From assembly GCF_009914755.1 (NCBI RefSeq), contig NC_060937.1: DNA of 64,000 nucleotides; one strand, written 5' to 3'. Numbering within the stretch: position 1 is the first letter of the stretch; each line of letters opens with the position of its first letter. Positions 28,108 through 40,625 of the stretch are shown here, in pieces. The stretch is from the human T2T-CHM13v2.0 reference genome, Homo sapiens. The notes below the pieces were generated by a model. That model made no database searches. It was not told the origin of the DNA and saw only the letters and a list, made by a program, of their open reading frames with translations. Position numbers and translations under genes: made by a program.

Positions 28108-28409
28108 CCGTACGGCAAACCAAGAGATGTTTTTCTGTTCTTGAATCTCAGGGTCACTTTTAGCTAAAGGTGGTTATTTTCACTGACTGAAAATATAAAT
28201 ATATGAGTAGGATTTAAGGGTTATTTTCCCCAAGGGTACGAGGAAAGCTCGGTTGCTTAAGATACTTAAAATGCATGACTTATTAAGGTATCTGCTCTCT
28301 TGGACTCATGCCCCTGGTTTGGGGGCTTTTAAGGTAGGTCCAGACTCCAACTGCAAGCCTGTAGCAACCCCAGATGCAGTTCACCCTCCACTCCGCCTCC
28401 ACCTGTGTA

Positions 28410-28720
28410 AACTGTGCCATCTTTTAAGACTCAGCTCAGATTCATCTCTCCCTTAGACCATCCTGGAGTGCTCTAGCTGGAAGTGACCTCTCCCCTCCCC
28501 CAGCCAGTTCTTTCACAGGCCTTTCCTCCTTCTCTTGTTCTTTCTCTTATTCCTTCTCATTTTTCTAGCACATTTCTCTTACTTAGTTTGTTAGTTAACT
28601 TTTATTCTTCCACTTGGGTGAAAGCCCCTTGAAATCAGGAACCAGGATTATTCTTTATGTATTTACTAAGCACTAAGCTTAATGCTGGCCTTATGGTAAT
28701 CGACAAATGGAAATTGTTGG
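28410..28720 (+). mobile_element. L2 3' fragment
   Basis: 'catcttttaagactcagctcag...gccccttgaaatcaggaaccagg...aaattgttgg' follows the L2 3'-end pattern. Confidence 0.45.
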
Positions 28721-30462
28721 GTGACTCATCAGCGAATTCTCACTGATCTATTAACTCAGCTTTTACTTACTGAGAGGGTCAGGACTCAGGGACCCAGTTG
28801 CCCAATTAGCCATTGGGTGTCCCTCTGGGGCCCAGTCCGCCCACCCTCCTGTGCCCCCTTCCCCCCCACCCCCCCTACCCCACCGTGTGGTTCTGAGTGC
28901 TGCCTGCATGGGGAGAAGGTGCTGGCTGTGTGGATGCTTCTGACTCAGCCTCCTTTGTTTTCTATTCACATTGTAAAGCATTGGTTCTGGATAACTCTGA
29001 GGTTTCCCAGCCTTGGGTGGCCCGAATAAGCATAATTCATAGTGAGTATGTGGAGCTATTTCCGAGGTAGCTTAGATATCTGCCTTGTGTGTAGGAACTA
29101 CAGGTTGTCATTCAGGGTGATGGGGATTACTGACAAGCACCAAGCTGCATAATGCTGTAAATGCTCAGAAGCCATGGGAAGCTACTGCTGAAACATCAAA
29201 GCCTATGCTTGATATTGGGGCCAGGGCAGGTGAGGTAGTGTAGGGCTGGCCAGTGTCAGTCATTTGTATAACTTCTTGATGTTTTTCTTAAATGTAAAGA
29301 AAAATTAAATAAAGGCTTCTTTTTAAAGAAAAACTTATATCATACTGCAAATGGAAAAGTAATCTCATTTGCCATAATGAGTTAAAGCATAAACATATAA
29401 TAAATGTTTACTCATATGACACTCCAAGTTGTGCTGGTCCACGTGTCCCCGGCACCACTGTGAGCCACGGTGCATGTCCGTCTGGGAGTTCCTGGGGAGA
29501 CAGAGGCCCTTGTGTGCATCCACACCCTGCTATTGACAAGTTGTGTTGTTTGGAAAAAGTTACTTAATGCCTTTGAATTTCCATTTCCTCATCAAAAGAA
29601 AGGGAATAATGTTGCACCAGAACAACATAATATATGTGAAGTAATATTTAGCCCAATGTTTGGCAAACAAAGGGGTAGGAAAATAAATAATTTGGAGCCT
29701 TCTTTATTTTTTATCTATGAGCAAATATCATGAGAGTTTTTGCCAGAGCAGGCAAATGGCAAATGCTGGAAATGTTGTTATACATTAGCTATCACTGAAC
29801 GTGGATGACACTTCGTTGCACTTGAACCATTTCACATGTGAGTGTGTTTGGTGGAAATGGCTTAGGAACGTTCATGTGTTCCTCCCTAGAGCCCAGATCA
29901 TGGTAGCAGAAGTGTGAGAATAAAGTCTTCGCACTCACACGATCTCGCTTCTTTACCATCCCTTTCTCCGTGACCTGTTTACTCCTGGAGTGGCTTCCTC
30001 TGTCCTCAGTCTCCAACAAAGTCCTTTTATTTCACTTCCTCTGGGAGGCGCTGTTGTTTGCTTCCACGGGTCAGGGTGAGAGAGAGTAGAGTGAGGCGAG
30101 GTAAGTGGGAAGAAGAGCTCAGGACAGCTGCTGCCCAGCCAGGCCCCAGCCAGGAGGGAGAGGCTCTGCTGGCTCCTGCTGTGTGCCTGGGGCTTCCCAG
30201 GACCAGGCACCTATGAGCCCTTCCGTCAGCCCCACTTCCCACTCCAGTCTTGTGGGGAGCCATTCCTCCTGCCCCAGAATAACCTTGAGCCAGCTGGGCT
30301 GCAGCTCCCAAGGCCCCTGCCCTGAGCCCACCCTCGCCAGCCCTTCTGTGGGCTGTGATGTGCTAGCACCCGGGAACTCTGAGGGTCTCACTCTTGTCAG
30401 GGGACAGTAAGATCTACGGGAGTCAGGTGGCTTCATGATGAGGGGTTATAAAAATGGAAGCG

Positions 30463-30780
30463 GGCTGGGTGCGGTGGCTTATACGTCTGTAATCCCAGTG
30501 CTTTGGGAGGCTGAGGTGAGCAGATTACTTAAGTCCAGGAGCTCGAGACCACCTTGAGCAACATGCAAAATCCCGTCTCTACAAAAAATACAAAAATTAG
30601 CCGGGCGTGGTGATGTGTGCCTGTGGTTCCAGCTACTCAGGAGGCTGAGGTGGGAAGATCACTTGAGCCTAGGAGGTGGAATGAGCTGTAATCATGGCTC
30701 TACACTCCAGCCTGGGCAACAGAGAGAGACCTTGTTGCAATAAATAAATAAATAAACAAAATGAAATAAAATAAAAATAA
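30463..30780 (+). mobile_element. AluJ
   Basis: J-type 'aagatcacttgagcctaggagg'; (TAAA)n tail; TSD aaaaatggaagc (30450-30461 and ~30780-30791). Confidence 0.93.
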
Positions 30781-32553
30781 AAAATGGAAGCAGAAACATC
30801 AGTGAGCAACTCAGCTTCCCAAAGCCCTTCCAATGGTGAGTCTTCACTCCTTTTGCTCTGTGGATGGGTGAGTGAAGTCACAGGAAATGGAGGGACTTCT
30901 CCAAGGCCAGCGACTGTGCTGCTCCTAATTCACCTGCTTGGAGTAAATTTGTAAGTCTGCTAATGGGAACTCAGGACTCATTTGTTTTATAATTCTTTAT
31001 AATTATTATATATTTATGATTTTTACCATGATTTAGTAATTGTCACCATGAAGGTCAGATGCCTAGATGAGGCTACAAAAACCCTTTAACTCATATTTTG
31101 ACTCATATTGCAATGGAAAATAATGATACAATTTTATAGTGCTTGCAATTACATTATAAAAAGCAACGCATGAAAAATAGTTAAAAATTTTTAAAATTGG
31201 CTTCTAGTGATTGAGGACGTAAGGTTTGCCGTTAGTGGGGATGGGGTCCAGGTGAGGCCTCAACTTGGATTCAGGAGAGGACTGCTGTTCTCTCTGCTAA
31301 GTCATTTTCTCTTTCCTTCCCCTGTTTCCATCCTCTGTCCCTGCCATCTTTCTCAAATATGTATTGAAAACATAGCATGTTACACACTTTAGGCACAAGC
31401 AGGAAAAACTATAGTTCCTGTCCAACTGTAAAAACTCAGCATGACAAAAATTTGGTGCAATGAGTTTATCAAGAGAAGTGGGCTCAGAGGCATGTCCATA
31501 TGTGCACAGATGCACGTGTGTGTGCATGTGCCTGTGTGTGTCTGTGAGGGCTGGGCTTGTCAGTGAGATCTTTTCATAGAAAGCCACATTTTAGTTTCTT
31601 GAGCTGAAATTTAAATGAGAAGAGGGCACTGACATGAAAAGCAGGTGGTGACATTTGAGGCTAAGGGAACATGTGCAGAGACACGGAGAACTAAGAAAGC
31701 CAGGCATGTCAGGACCAGCCATGAGAGCACAGTGTGCTTGGCAGTGGCAGCAGGAAATGGAGCGGCCAGGGGAATCGGAGGTCCCATGGGCCTCGGTGCT
31801 ATGCTAAAGCCTCAGACTTTCTATGAAGGTGATGATGACCTTCTGAAGAATTGCAAACAAGGCCTAACTATGGTAGGATGGCCGTGGGAGGACTGGAAAT
31901 CAATGCATTGGAGGTGGGAGCCATTGGGAGACAGTAGCATGTGGTGAAGGGGACAGGCAGGTGGGGAGATACAGGGCCTCCATTTCATATTCTAATGATC
32001 TCTGTCTGCTCTTTCCTCCTCCATGGCTGCCCATGCAAGCAGGCTTGTCTCCGTTTGGGCTCACCTCAGTGCTCTTTCGACAGCCTTCGTATGTCCACTT
32101 TGGCATCCCTTCCTTCTGTTCTCTGATATTTTTATCTCATTCAAATATCATATCACTCACCTCAGTCTCAAAACTCCCACTGGACTAGAAGGGCTGCAAG
32201 GACTACCTGCCTGTCTGACGCTCCCCTTCCTGGCCATCCCTCCCCTGCTGGATTTCAGGTCTGGCTGTGACACTCATTGGTCCTGGGACTTGGAGCAGAA
32301 CCCTCCAGACGCCGGTTTTCCTTACATGAGAAAATAGGATTTATAGGCTGATTTTCAGGGTCATCATGAAGATTAAATGAGATGGCTCAAGAATAAATGC
32401 CTGACAGAAGTGGAATTTCATAAAGATTAATTTCCTTCTAGTTGTCAGTTTTCTTTGCTATTTGATAAATTTGGAAGTAATGCAAATGTTTTACTACAGA
32501 CAGAAACCCAGAAAGAATTTGTGTTAAGTTGGCTGATAAAAATTCTGATGACT

Positions 32554-32760
32554 GGAAGGGGAATATCACACTCTGGGGACTGTGGTGGGGTCGGGGGAGG
32601 GGGGAGGGATAGCATTGGGAGATATACCTAATGCTAGATGACACGTTAGTGGGTGCAGCGCACCAGCATGGCACATGTATACATATGTAACTAACCTGCA
32701 CAATGTGCACATGTACACTAAAACTTAGAGTATAATAAAAAAAAAATTAAAAAAAAAAAA
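32554..32760 (+). mobile_element. L1Hs pre-Ta, ~200-bp 3' fragment
   Basis: 'gctagatgacACGttagtgggtgcagcgcacc' (ACG at 32643-32645), 'aaacttaGagtataat' (G at 32728), poly(A), perfect 15-bp TSD aaaaattctgatgac (32538-32552, 32756-32770). Confidence 0.92.
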
Positions 32761-32802
32761 TTCTGATGACAAAGGTGGTAGCTACTACACTAACCTGTTT
32801 AC

Positions 32803-32871
32803 CTATCTATCCAACATCCATCCATCCACCCATCATCCATCCATCCAGCCATCCATCCATCCATCCATCCA
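32803..32871. repeat. (ATCC)n tetranucleotide repeat
   Basis: Imperfect ccat/atcc run. Confidence 0.9.
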
Positions 32872-33246
32872 CTCCGCCCTCACACAGACACAAACACAGG
32901 TAAATATAAATACAAATAATTAAACTTGGGATAGCAACCTTTCGTCCAGCTGAAAGGGCCTGTTTTAAATTTAAAGAGTTTCCATGTAAGTAGTTAAAAA
33001 CAGACGACGATGTGGACCCCTGGCACCCAGATTTGTCTTTCTAATTGCTTCCTGTCCATCTCCATGTGGATGTCTCAAAATCCTGTTCTAAGATTGACCT
33101 TGATATTTGCTCCTCTTCTTAACATTTTTCATCTTGGTTAATGGAATCATTATTTGTCCACACAGTCAGCTAAGCCAGAAACTAAAGCCATCCCTTGTTT
33201 AATTTTCTTCTTCCTCATGTAGTGTCCCCTGATCCGTGCTTCCTAA

Positions 33247-33674
<428 letters not shown>

Positions 33675-34219
33675 GAGACAATTTTTTATAAAAATTTCCA
33701 AAGTAAAATTGATCATTAAAGGCTTGGAAGGGAACTCTGAACACAGGAGTGGGTCTTCCTGTGGAGAGTGTAAATCCTGGTCACATATCCTTCCTGCTTC
33801 CTGCCCTCAGACCCTGGGCCTCACCTGCCCCTTTGAAGTTATGAAACTATGGCTTAAAATAGATTATCTAGTTGCTATCACATATTTTGGGTTCCTTTCA
33901 TTTAGTATACCTTTATATTTCCAGTTCCCATTTTTTTCTAAATCCCTATCTTTAAAAAAAATCAATGTTTTAAGGTCTTGCCTTTTTGTTTCTTTCATGC
34001 AGTCCTTAAAAATCTCATAATTTTAATTGTAATTATTTTTTATGGATTACAATATAATATTCCTAGAGAATTTTAATTTTCTTCTCTTATGTTTGGCTAA
34101 AGAGTACTCTATGTATTTAAATACACTTTTTTTTTTCTAGATTAAAGAAGTTCTTAATGTTTCTACTATGTCCTTAGTTTCTTGAGCCCCCCAACTACTA
34201 CTAACTTCCAGTCGACTAT

Positions 34220-34950
34220 TGTTGTATAAGAAATGATTTGGCTGGTCGTTTTCTCCGGTTTCTTGGAGGAAGCCTCTAAACCTTTGTAATTTCCTCAGTG
34301 ATGGGAGTGTCCTTGTTATTCGTGGTGGGGCCCTTAGACCATGCTTGAGTTTATGCCAACAAGCTGACTCATGGAGCATCACTGGACAGTTTCAAGACGG
34401 GGACTGGCATGCTCTAAAGACCAACAATGTGATTAGAGGGCTGGGGTTTTGAGCCATGTGGTATCAGTGACCCCTTGACCTCTGGGGAGGGAGAGAGGCT
34501 GGAGATTGAGTTCAATCACATGGCCAGTGCTTCAATCAATCCTTCATTCAATGAGGCCCCAGTAAAAACTCTGGACATCTGAAGCTCAAGTGAGCTTTCC
34601 TGGTTGATGATTCATATTGACATGCCAGAAGAGCAATGCATCCTGAGATTTGTGACACTCGCAGACCTCCCTGTGTGTCTCTTCATTGGGCTGCTCCTGA
34701 GTTGCATCCTTTCTAATGACTGTTGTCATAAGAACAGCACTTTCTTGAATTATTTGAGTCATTCTGGTCAATTATCAAACCTGAGGGGGTCAAGGGAAGC
34801 CCTGAATTTGTAACTAGTTGGTCAGACGTGCAGGTGGCCTGGGCACCCCAGAGCCTGCAGCTGGCATGTGAAGCGAGGGCAGCCTTGTGCAGGGCTATGA
34901 AGTTTGGCCTAACTCCAGGCAGTTAGCAGGAGAATTGCATTGCAACTGCA
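34220..34950 (+). mobile_element. MER21-like LTR
   Basis: 'cctctaaacctttgtaatttcctcagtgatgggagtgtccttgttattc', 'ggctggagattgagttcaatcac', 'ctcaagtgagctttcctggttg' match the MER21B/C consensus as recalled. Confidence 0.7.
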
Positions 34951-36739
34951 AATGGCCTTCGATACATTCCCTCCTTCCCGCAGGGCTTCTGTTTCACAGG
35001 GCTGACTTGCTCTCTGCTCAGCTCGAGTGCTGTGCTCCTTCAGCCCTTGATGGGGGTGCCTTTCCTTTCCTCTTCCACAATTCTTTTCACCCATCAAGGT
35101 TTGATTTCTGTGCCATTTCCTTTGGGGAATTTTTCCTTATTACTCCCTTTCCGGCTGCCCTCTCCCTTTATTGACCTCCTACAACACTGGAAATGACTGT
35201 TTTTTTGGTTTTTTTGTTTTTTTGAGAACATATTATTTTCCCAACAGGATAGCAAGAGACACTGAGGCTCTTATCTTAAAAATTCTCCTGTTCGACTTAG
35301 CACAGTAGTCAGCACTCACAGCTCACTATGTACCAAAGAACTGAACAACAATTTATTAAAGTGATACTTGTGTGGCATTGGTATAGACTCTAGACTATCC
35401 CAACTCACAGAAGAGGTTCACAGAGCTTTAGGTTTGAAAGAGACTTTGAGGGTCATCTGGTAAGACCTCTTTGTTTTGTTTAGTAAGCACTCCATAAATA
35501 TTTGTCGAATGTGTAAAATAAGGAAAAATGAGCCCCTGAGATACTTGACTTGTCCCAAGTCCCAAAGCTATTATATGCATTGAACTGATGAATCTAGGCC
35601 AACCCAAGATTGTAATAGGATCCCAGTCTCTCCCTTCTGTGTGATCTCACTCAGTGGACACATTCTCTGCACTCACTCGGTTTTTGGAAACAGAGTAAAA
35701 GTCCCCTTTCTAAAACTAATACAATTCAAATGATCTTAAATTAAATATCTTAGAGGGTAAGTGGTTTTTTTATTCCTTCTTTCTGAAATGGAAAGGTGTG
35801 GCCTCAGATCAAGCAGGTGAACAGTAGGAAAGCATATGAAGGCATTTAAATCCTTAATGAATATTTCCTGTTGCAAGGCTTATTTTAGGTATAATAAATT
35901 AAATCTATAATCCTAGTATCTATGATGAAAAGGAAGTAGGAAAAAAGCAATACCCAAATGTGAGGTCTAGTTACTACCTATGTGTAAATCTTATTTCTAT
36001 CAAACTGCCTATTTACTTCTCAATAACAGCACAAAGACACTTACTTTCTAAGTAGTGATATTTTATTGCTTAGAAAGACGTTTTAAGTATTTTAAAGTAC
36101 ATTTACAGCAATTTTGCTGATTTTCCAGAAGAGCAGTGAGCTGGTGATGAACTTGATAACTCACTAAGGGAAGACTGTGGAGAGTCCCCTCTTCCCTTTA
36201 GGACTTTGGTAACATTATTCACTTGGTATCTTGTCACTCCCATTCACCAAGGTTGGCTTGGAAGAGCTCTGGAAGGCAGACTCTAACAAGTAGTCTTGGG
36301 TTATACAATCTTATTTTCCTCTAAAACACGACAAAAGGTAGGTATGTTGAGCATATGGGAGGCAGGGGAAGAAGAAAATACACTGTGATAGGGCTTTTGC
36401 CCGTGTTTGCTGGGAGTGAAGTAGAAACTGGGAGCTGCCTCAGCGTGCCTGTGGCCCAGGCACCACGTGCAGCACGCATCCTCCCGGTCCTTGGAGGCAG
36501 CTATCCTCTCATGCAGGTGAAAACGAGCCTCAGCCTCCATCCAGCCAGCGCTAGTGGATGCTTTTCACACGATGAGGAGCTCAGAAACATGCCGAAGCAG
36601 CTTCTTCCCAAGGGAGGGCAGGACTGGCCCTGAAGGTAGATGGGGGTTCTTAGGAGAGAAGGAGAGCCTTGCTTTCCATGCGGGGACTCCTCGTAACGAA
36701 ACCGGGACGGTAGCAGCACTGGACTGAATTGTGCGACTC

Positions 36740-36829
36740 TAGCAGGTTGTTTATCCTCCACAAGTCTTCGTTTTTCATGTGTAAAATAGCAATGACCATC
36801 CCCACCCAGTCACACAGAAATTCTGTAAG
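36740..36829 (+). mobile_element. MIR, 5' part (interrupted by LTR12)
   Basis: 'tttttcatgtgtaaaatagcaatgaccatcccacc...ttctgtaag' resumes after the LTR as 'gaccgaaggtgataac...'. Confidence 0.55.
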
Positions 36830-38314
36830 TGTGTTCGGAATTGGTGTGTTCTTGGTCTCACTGACTTAATGAAGCTGCCGACCCTCACGGTGAGTGTTAC
36901 AATTCTTAAAGGTGGCATGTCTGGACTTTGTTCCTTCTAATGTTCAGCTGTGTTCGGAGTTTCCTCCTCCTGGTGGGTTTGTGGTCTCACTAACTTCAGG
37001 AGTGACTCTACAGACCTTCCCGGTGAGTGTGACAGCTCTTAAGGCAGCGCGTCTGGGGTTGTTCCTTCCTCCCGGTGGGTTCGTAGTCTCGCTGGCTTCA
37101 GGAGTCAAACTGCAGACCTTTGCAGTGAATGTTACAGCTCATAAAGGCAGTGTGGACCCAAAGAGTGAGCAGTAGCAAGATTTATAGCAAAGAGCAAAAA
37201 AACAAAGTTTCCACAATGTTGAAGGGGACCCAGCGGGTTGCCACTGCTGGCTCCGGCAGTGTGCTTGTATTCTCTTATCTGGCCCCACCCTCATCCTGCT
37301 GATTGGTCCATTTTACAGAGAGCCGATTGGTCTGTTTTACAGAGAGCTGATTGGTCCGTTTTGACAGGGTGCTGATTGGTGCGTTTACAATCCGTGAGCT
37401 AGACACAAAAGTTATCCACCTCCCCACTAGATTAGCTAGATACGGAGTGTAGACACAAAGGTTCTCCAAGTCCCCATCAGAGCAGCTAGATACAGAGTGC
37501 CGACTGGTGTATTTACAATCCCTTAGCTAGACATAAAGTTTCCCCAAGTCCCCACCAGAGTAGCTAGATACAGAGTGTCGACTGGTGCATTCACAAACCC
37601 TGAGCTAGACAGAGGGTGCTGATTGGTGTGTTTACAAACCTTGAGCTAGATATAGAGTGCCAATTGGTGTATTTACAATCGCTTAGCTAGACATAAAGGT
37701 TCTCCAAGTCCCCACCAGACTCAGGAACCCAGCTGTCTTCACCCAGTGGATACCGCACTGGGGCAGCAGGTGGAACTGCCTGCCAGTCCTGCACTTTGCG
37801 CCCGCACTTCTCAGCCCTTGGGCGATCCATGGGACCGGGGGCTGTGGAGCAGGGGGCTGCACTCGTCCGGGAGGCTCAGGCATGGCGGGCTGCAGGTCCG
37901 GAGCCCTGCCCTGTGGGGAGGCAGCTAAGGCCCGGCGAGAAATCGAGCGCAGCGCCGCTGGGCCGGCACTGCTGGGGGACCCGGCGCACCCTCTGCAGCT
38001 GCTGGTCCAGGTGCTAAGCCCCTCACTGCCTGGGGCCGGCGGGGCAGCCGGCTGCCCGGGGCTGCCAAACCCACTCCCACCCGGAACTCTAGCTGGCCCA
38101 CAAGCGCGGCGCGCAGCCGCAGTTGCTGCCTGTGCCTCTCCCGCCACACCTCCGTGCAGGCTGAGGGAGCCGGCTCCAGCCTCGGCCATCCCAGGAAGGG
38201 GCTCCCACAGTGCAGGGGCGGGCTGAAGGGCTCCTCAAGCGTGGCCAGAATGGGTGCCGACGCCGAGGAGGCATCGAGAGCAAGCGAGGGCTGCCAGCAT
38301 GCTGTCACCTCTCA
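36830..38314 (-). mobile_element. Solo LTR12 (HERV9/ERV9 LTR, C/D-like), ~1.5 kb
   Basis: Minus strand starts tgagaggtgacagcatgctggcagccctcg and ends aattccgaacaca; 4-bp TSD taag (36826-36829, 38315-38318); internal tandem enhancer repeats; CpG-rich U3. Confidence 0.95.
37270..37730 (-). promoter_or_regulatory. LTR12 U3 enhancer/promoter repeats (CCAAT/NF-Y and GATA motifs)
   Basis: Repeated gattgg (CCAAT on the minus strand), 'gctagatacagagtg', 'tttacaa' units and ttatct at ~37275. Confidence 0.7.
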
Positions 38315-38390
38315 TAAGGACCGAAGGTGATAACTTGGGCAGGGACTCAGAGCAGTGCCCGACACGGAGAATATGTGCAATAGCTGTTGT
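38315..38390 (+). mobile_element. MIR, 3' part
   Basis: 'gataacttggg...cagagcagtgcccgacac...tgcaatagctgttg' corresponds to the MIR 3' end. Confidence 0.5.
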
Positions 38391-40526
38391 GGGTGAACTT
38401 ACGGAAAATAACAACTACTGACCATCTTGTCTATCCAGATGTGACTCGTGAAGGAAGGAAGGAAACTAAAGGCAGCCTGATGGTGGGGGGTAAGGTCCAG
38501 TACTCAAGGGGTGTCCTCTCTAGGGGGTTACCTTGGTTCTCCAGCTGGGACTGACTCAGGTAAGTTGTCCTTACCTCATCTTTGCGGCCCTGGAGAGGAA
38601 GCCTTAGGCAGTGAAAATGAAGGAGGAGGAAAACCAGAATTTCTTTCTCTCTGTTTGGAAGGCCTGTTTCTGGAGCCTCCCATGGGAGAGAAAAATTTCT
38701 CCCAGAAGTTTTCTGTGGAAGGGGAAAACTGAGCTTTTACTGTTGGGTGGAGATTCCCAGGCCCTGCTCTTGACTCCAATGCTGGGTTGTTTATTTAGGT
38801 TAAAATGTATTCATTGTTCCTTTTAGTGCATTCCTTACCTTAAGTGCTTATTAACTTTCTAGGGACATCTTATGGATTTGTTTAAAGATGATTTCAAAGT
38901 ATTTTGAGTTCTTTTAAAGTATGCTTTTTGTTGTGTTTTAGAGGACAATAAGATCTCGTAACCCAAGGCTACTTGTTAGAGTTTAGTGAATATTCATGGG
39001 ATAATACAAAAGTGAAGATCAAAGCCACCCAGTTTATAGTTTAGTTAGTGACTAGTCCATCTATGCGGACATTCTGCGGTTATCTGAGAAGAGGGAAAAG
39101 TCGCTGCTCAGAACCCAGGAACTGCAAAGGAAGCTGACTTCATCTGTCCTCTGCGGCCTAGGTCATAAGGACAGGGTCCCCAGTCTGGGGCGTCTAGCTC
39201 CCACTGCCTGTTAGGTGGCTGATCAGCATTGTCTTCCAGCTCTATCTCTGCGACTATTCTGTGAAATTTTACTATTGTATTTAAAATCAAAGCATATGGT
39301 GTCTCCCCTGCTCTGCTGTAGGGTCTTTCCGTTGGCCTGGAATAGATAATATCCATTTGCATAGTCTGTGATGAAAGGGTTTGTTAAGCAAAATACCAAT
39401 GTAAACAAGGCTTCAGAGAGGATGTTTCCAGTGCAAACACTTGGAAGCACTCATGAGTCAAGTGCAAATGGCTTACAAACTACAGATGTCTTAGCTGGGG
39501 AGTGTGTGCTTACAGATGTCTACGTGCTTGCATTTCTATTTTTGCAATCCTTCCAGGTAGGTCCTATTATGATCCTCATTTAACAGAAGAAGAAACTAGG
39601 GGTCAGAGTGATTGAGTAGATCTTCTAAGGTCACATAGCCAGAAAACAGCAAAGCCACACCATGTTTTTAACAGCGAAGACAGAGTCTCAAGAAACAGGT
39701 ATCTGACACGTAAACAGTGAGAGCATGTCTGACGCCGCAGGTAAGAGCATATCCAACTGAAGTGACTGACACACCTGGGGATGATTTTGCTCCCTTAAGG
39801 AGAAGTCCACAGAGGAGTGTTGTCCAGGGTTTGTTCTGTTGTTCGACAATGTCTAGGTGGCTGTCCTTATGATCCTAGGGGTAGTTTCGAACATCGTTCC
39901 CTCACAGGACAATGTTGAAAGGCAGGAAGGAAGGCTGGCTACAAGCACCCTCCATGTGTGTCTCTCATGTTTTAATCAGAGAGAAAAATCTCTCCCAGAA
40001 GTTTTCCTTGGAAGGTTTTTTTCCCAAACCAGGCTGGTCACAGGCCCTTGCCCAGCTGCAGTGGAGATGGACAAGTGTCGGGGACTTGTGGGCTCAGCAA
40101 TGGGAGGAGACGCTGCTGTCAGAGCAAGTGTGGAAGGATGGTTTTCCTAATCCAGCAGCCTTAACTCCCCGAGAACAGGGAGCTGTGAGGTCTCCTTCTG
40201 GGAAGGTGTCTAAACCCTCAGCTTTGAGAACCTCTACAGTAAAGACTACAGGCCTAGAATAAAGCTGTAACACTGGGCAGGATGCCTTTGTACTCTTTTG
40301 GTGACTACTAATTATAACTCATTTTTAAACAAAGAAATGATGAACTATTGGAACACTGAACCAAATTGGTAAAAAAGCTTAAAAAACACCTTCTATCCGG
40401 CAAGAAGGTAAGTGTAAATAATAGCTTGTGGTAACAAAAGCTAGCATGGACCACTAGTTGTACTAAGAGCTTTGCCTACGTTACTTTCATTAATCTTCAT
40501 CACAATGAGGAGAATCCCCATTTTAT

Positions 40527-40625
40527 TTTATTTTTTTGAGACAAGGGTCTCACTCTCTCACCTAGACTGGAGTGCAGTGACGCAATCTCAGCTCACCGCA
40601 ACCTCTGCCTCCCAGGCTCAAGCGA
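40527..40625 (-). mobile_element. 5'-truncated Alu (~100 bp) inserted in an antisense MIR
   Basis: T tail plus right-arm 3' end only; TSD aatccccattttat (40513-40526) / aatctccattttat (40627-40640); flanks read as MIR ('attttatagctgagaagacagaggct'). Confidence 0.85.

Noticed and set aside
37683-38308. GC-rich ORFs and CpG island suggesting a gene's first exon
   Set aside because: Entirely inside the LTR12 U3; GC-rich DNA is stop-poor.
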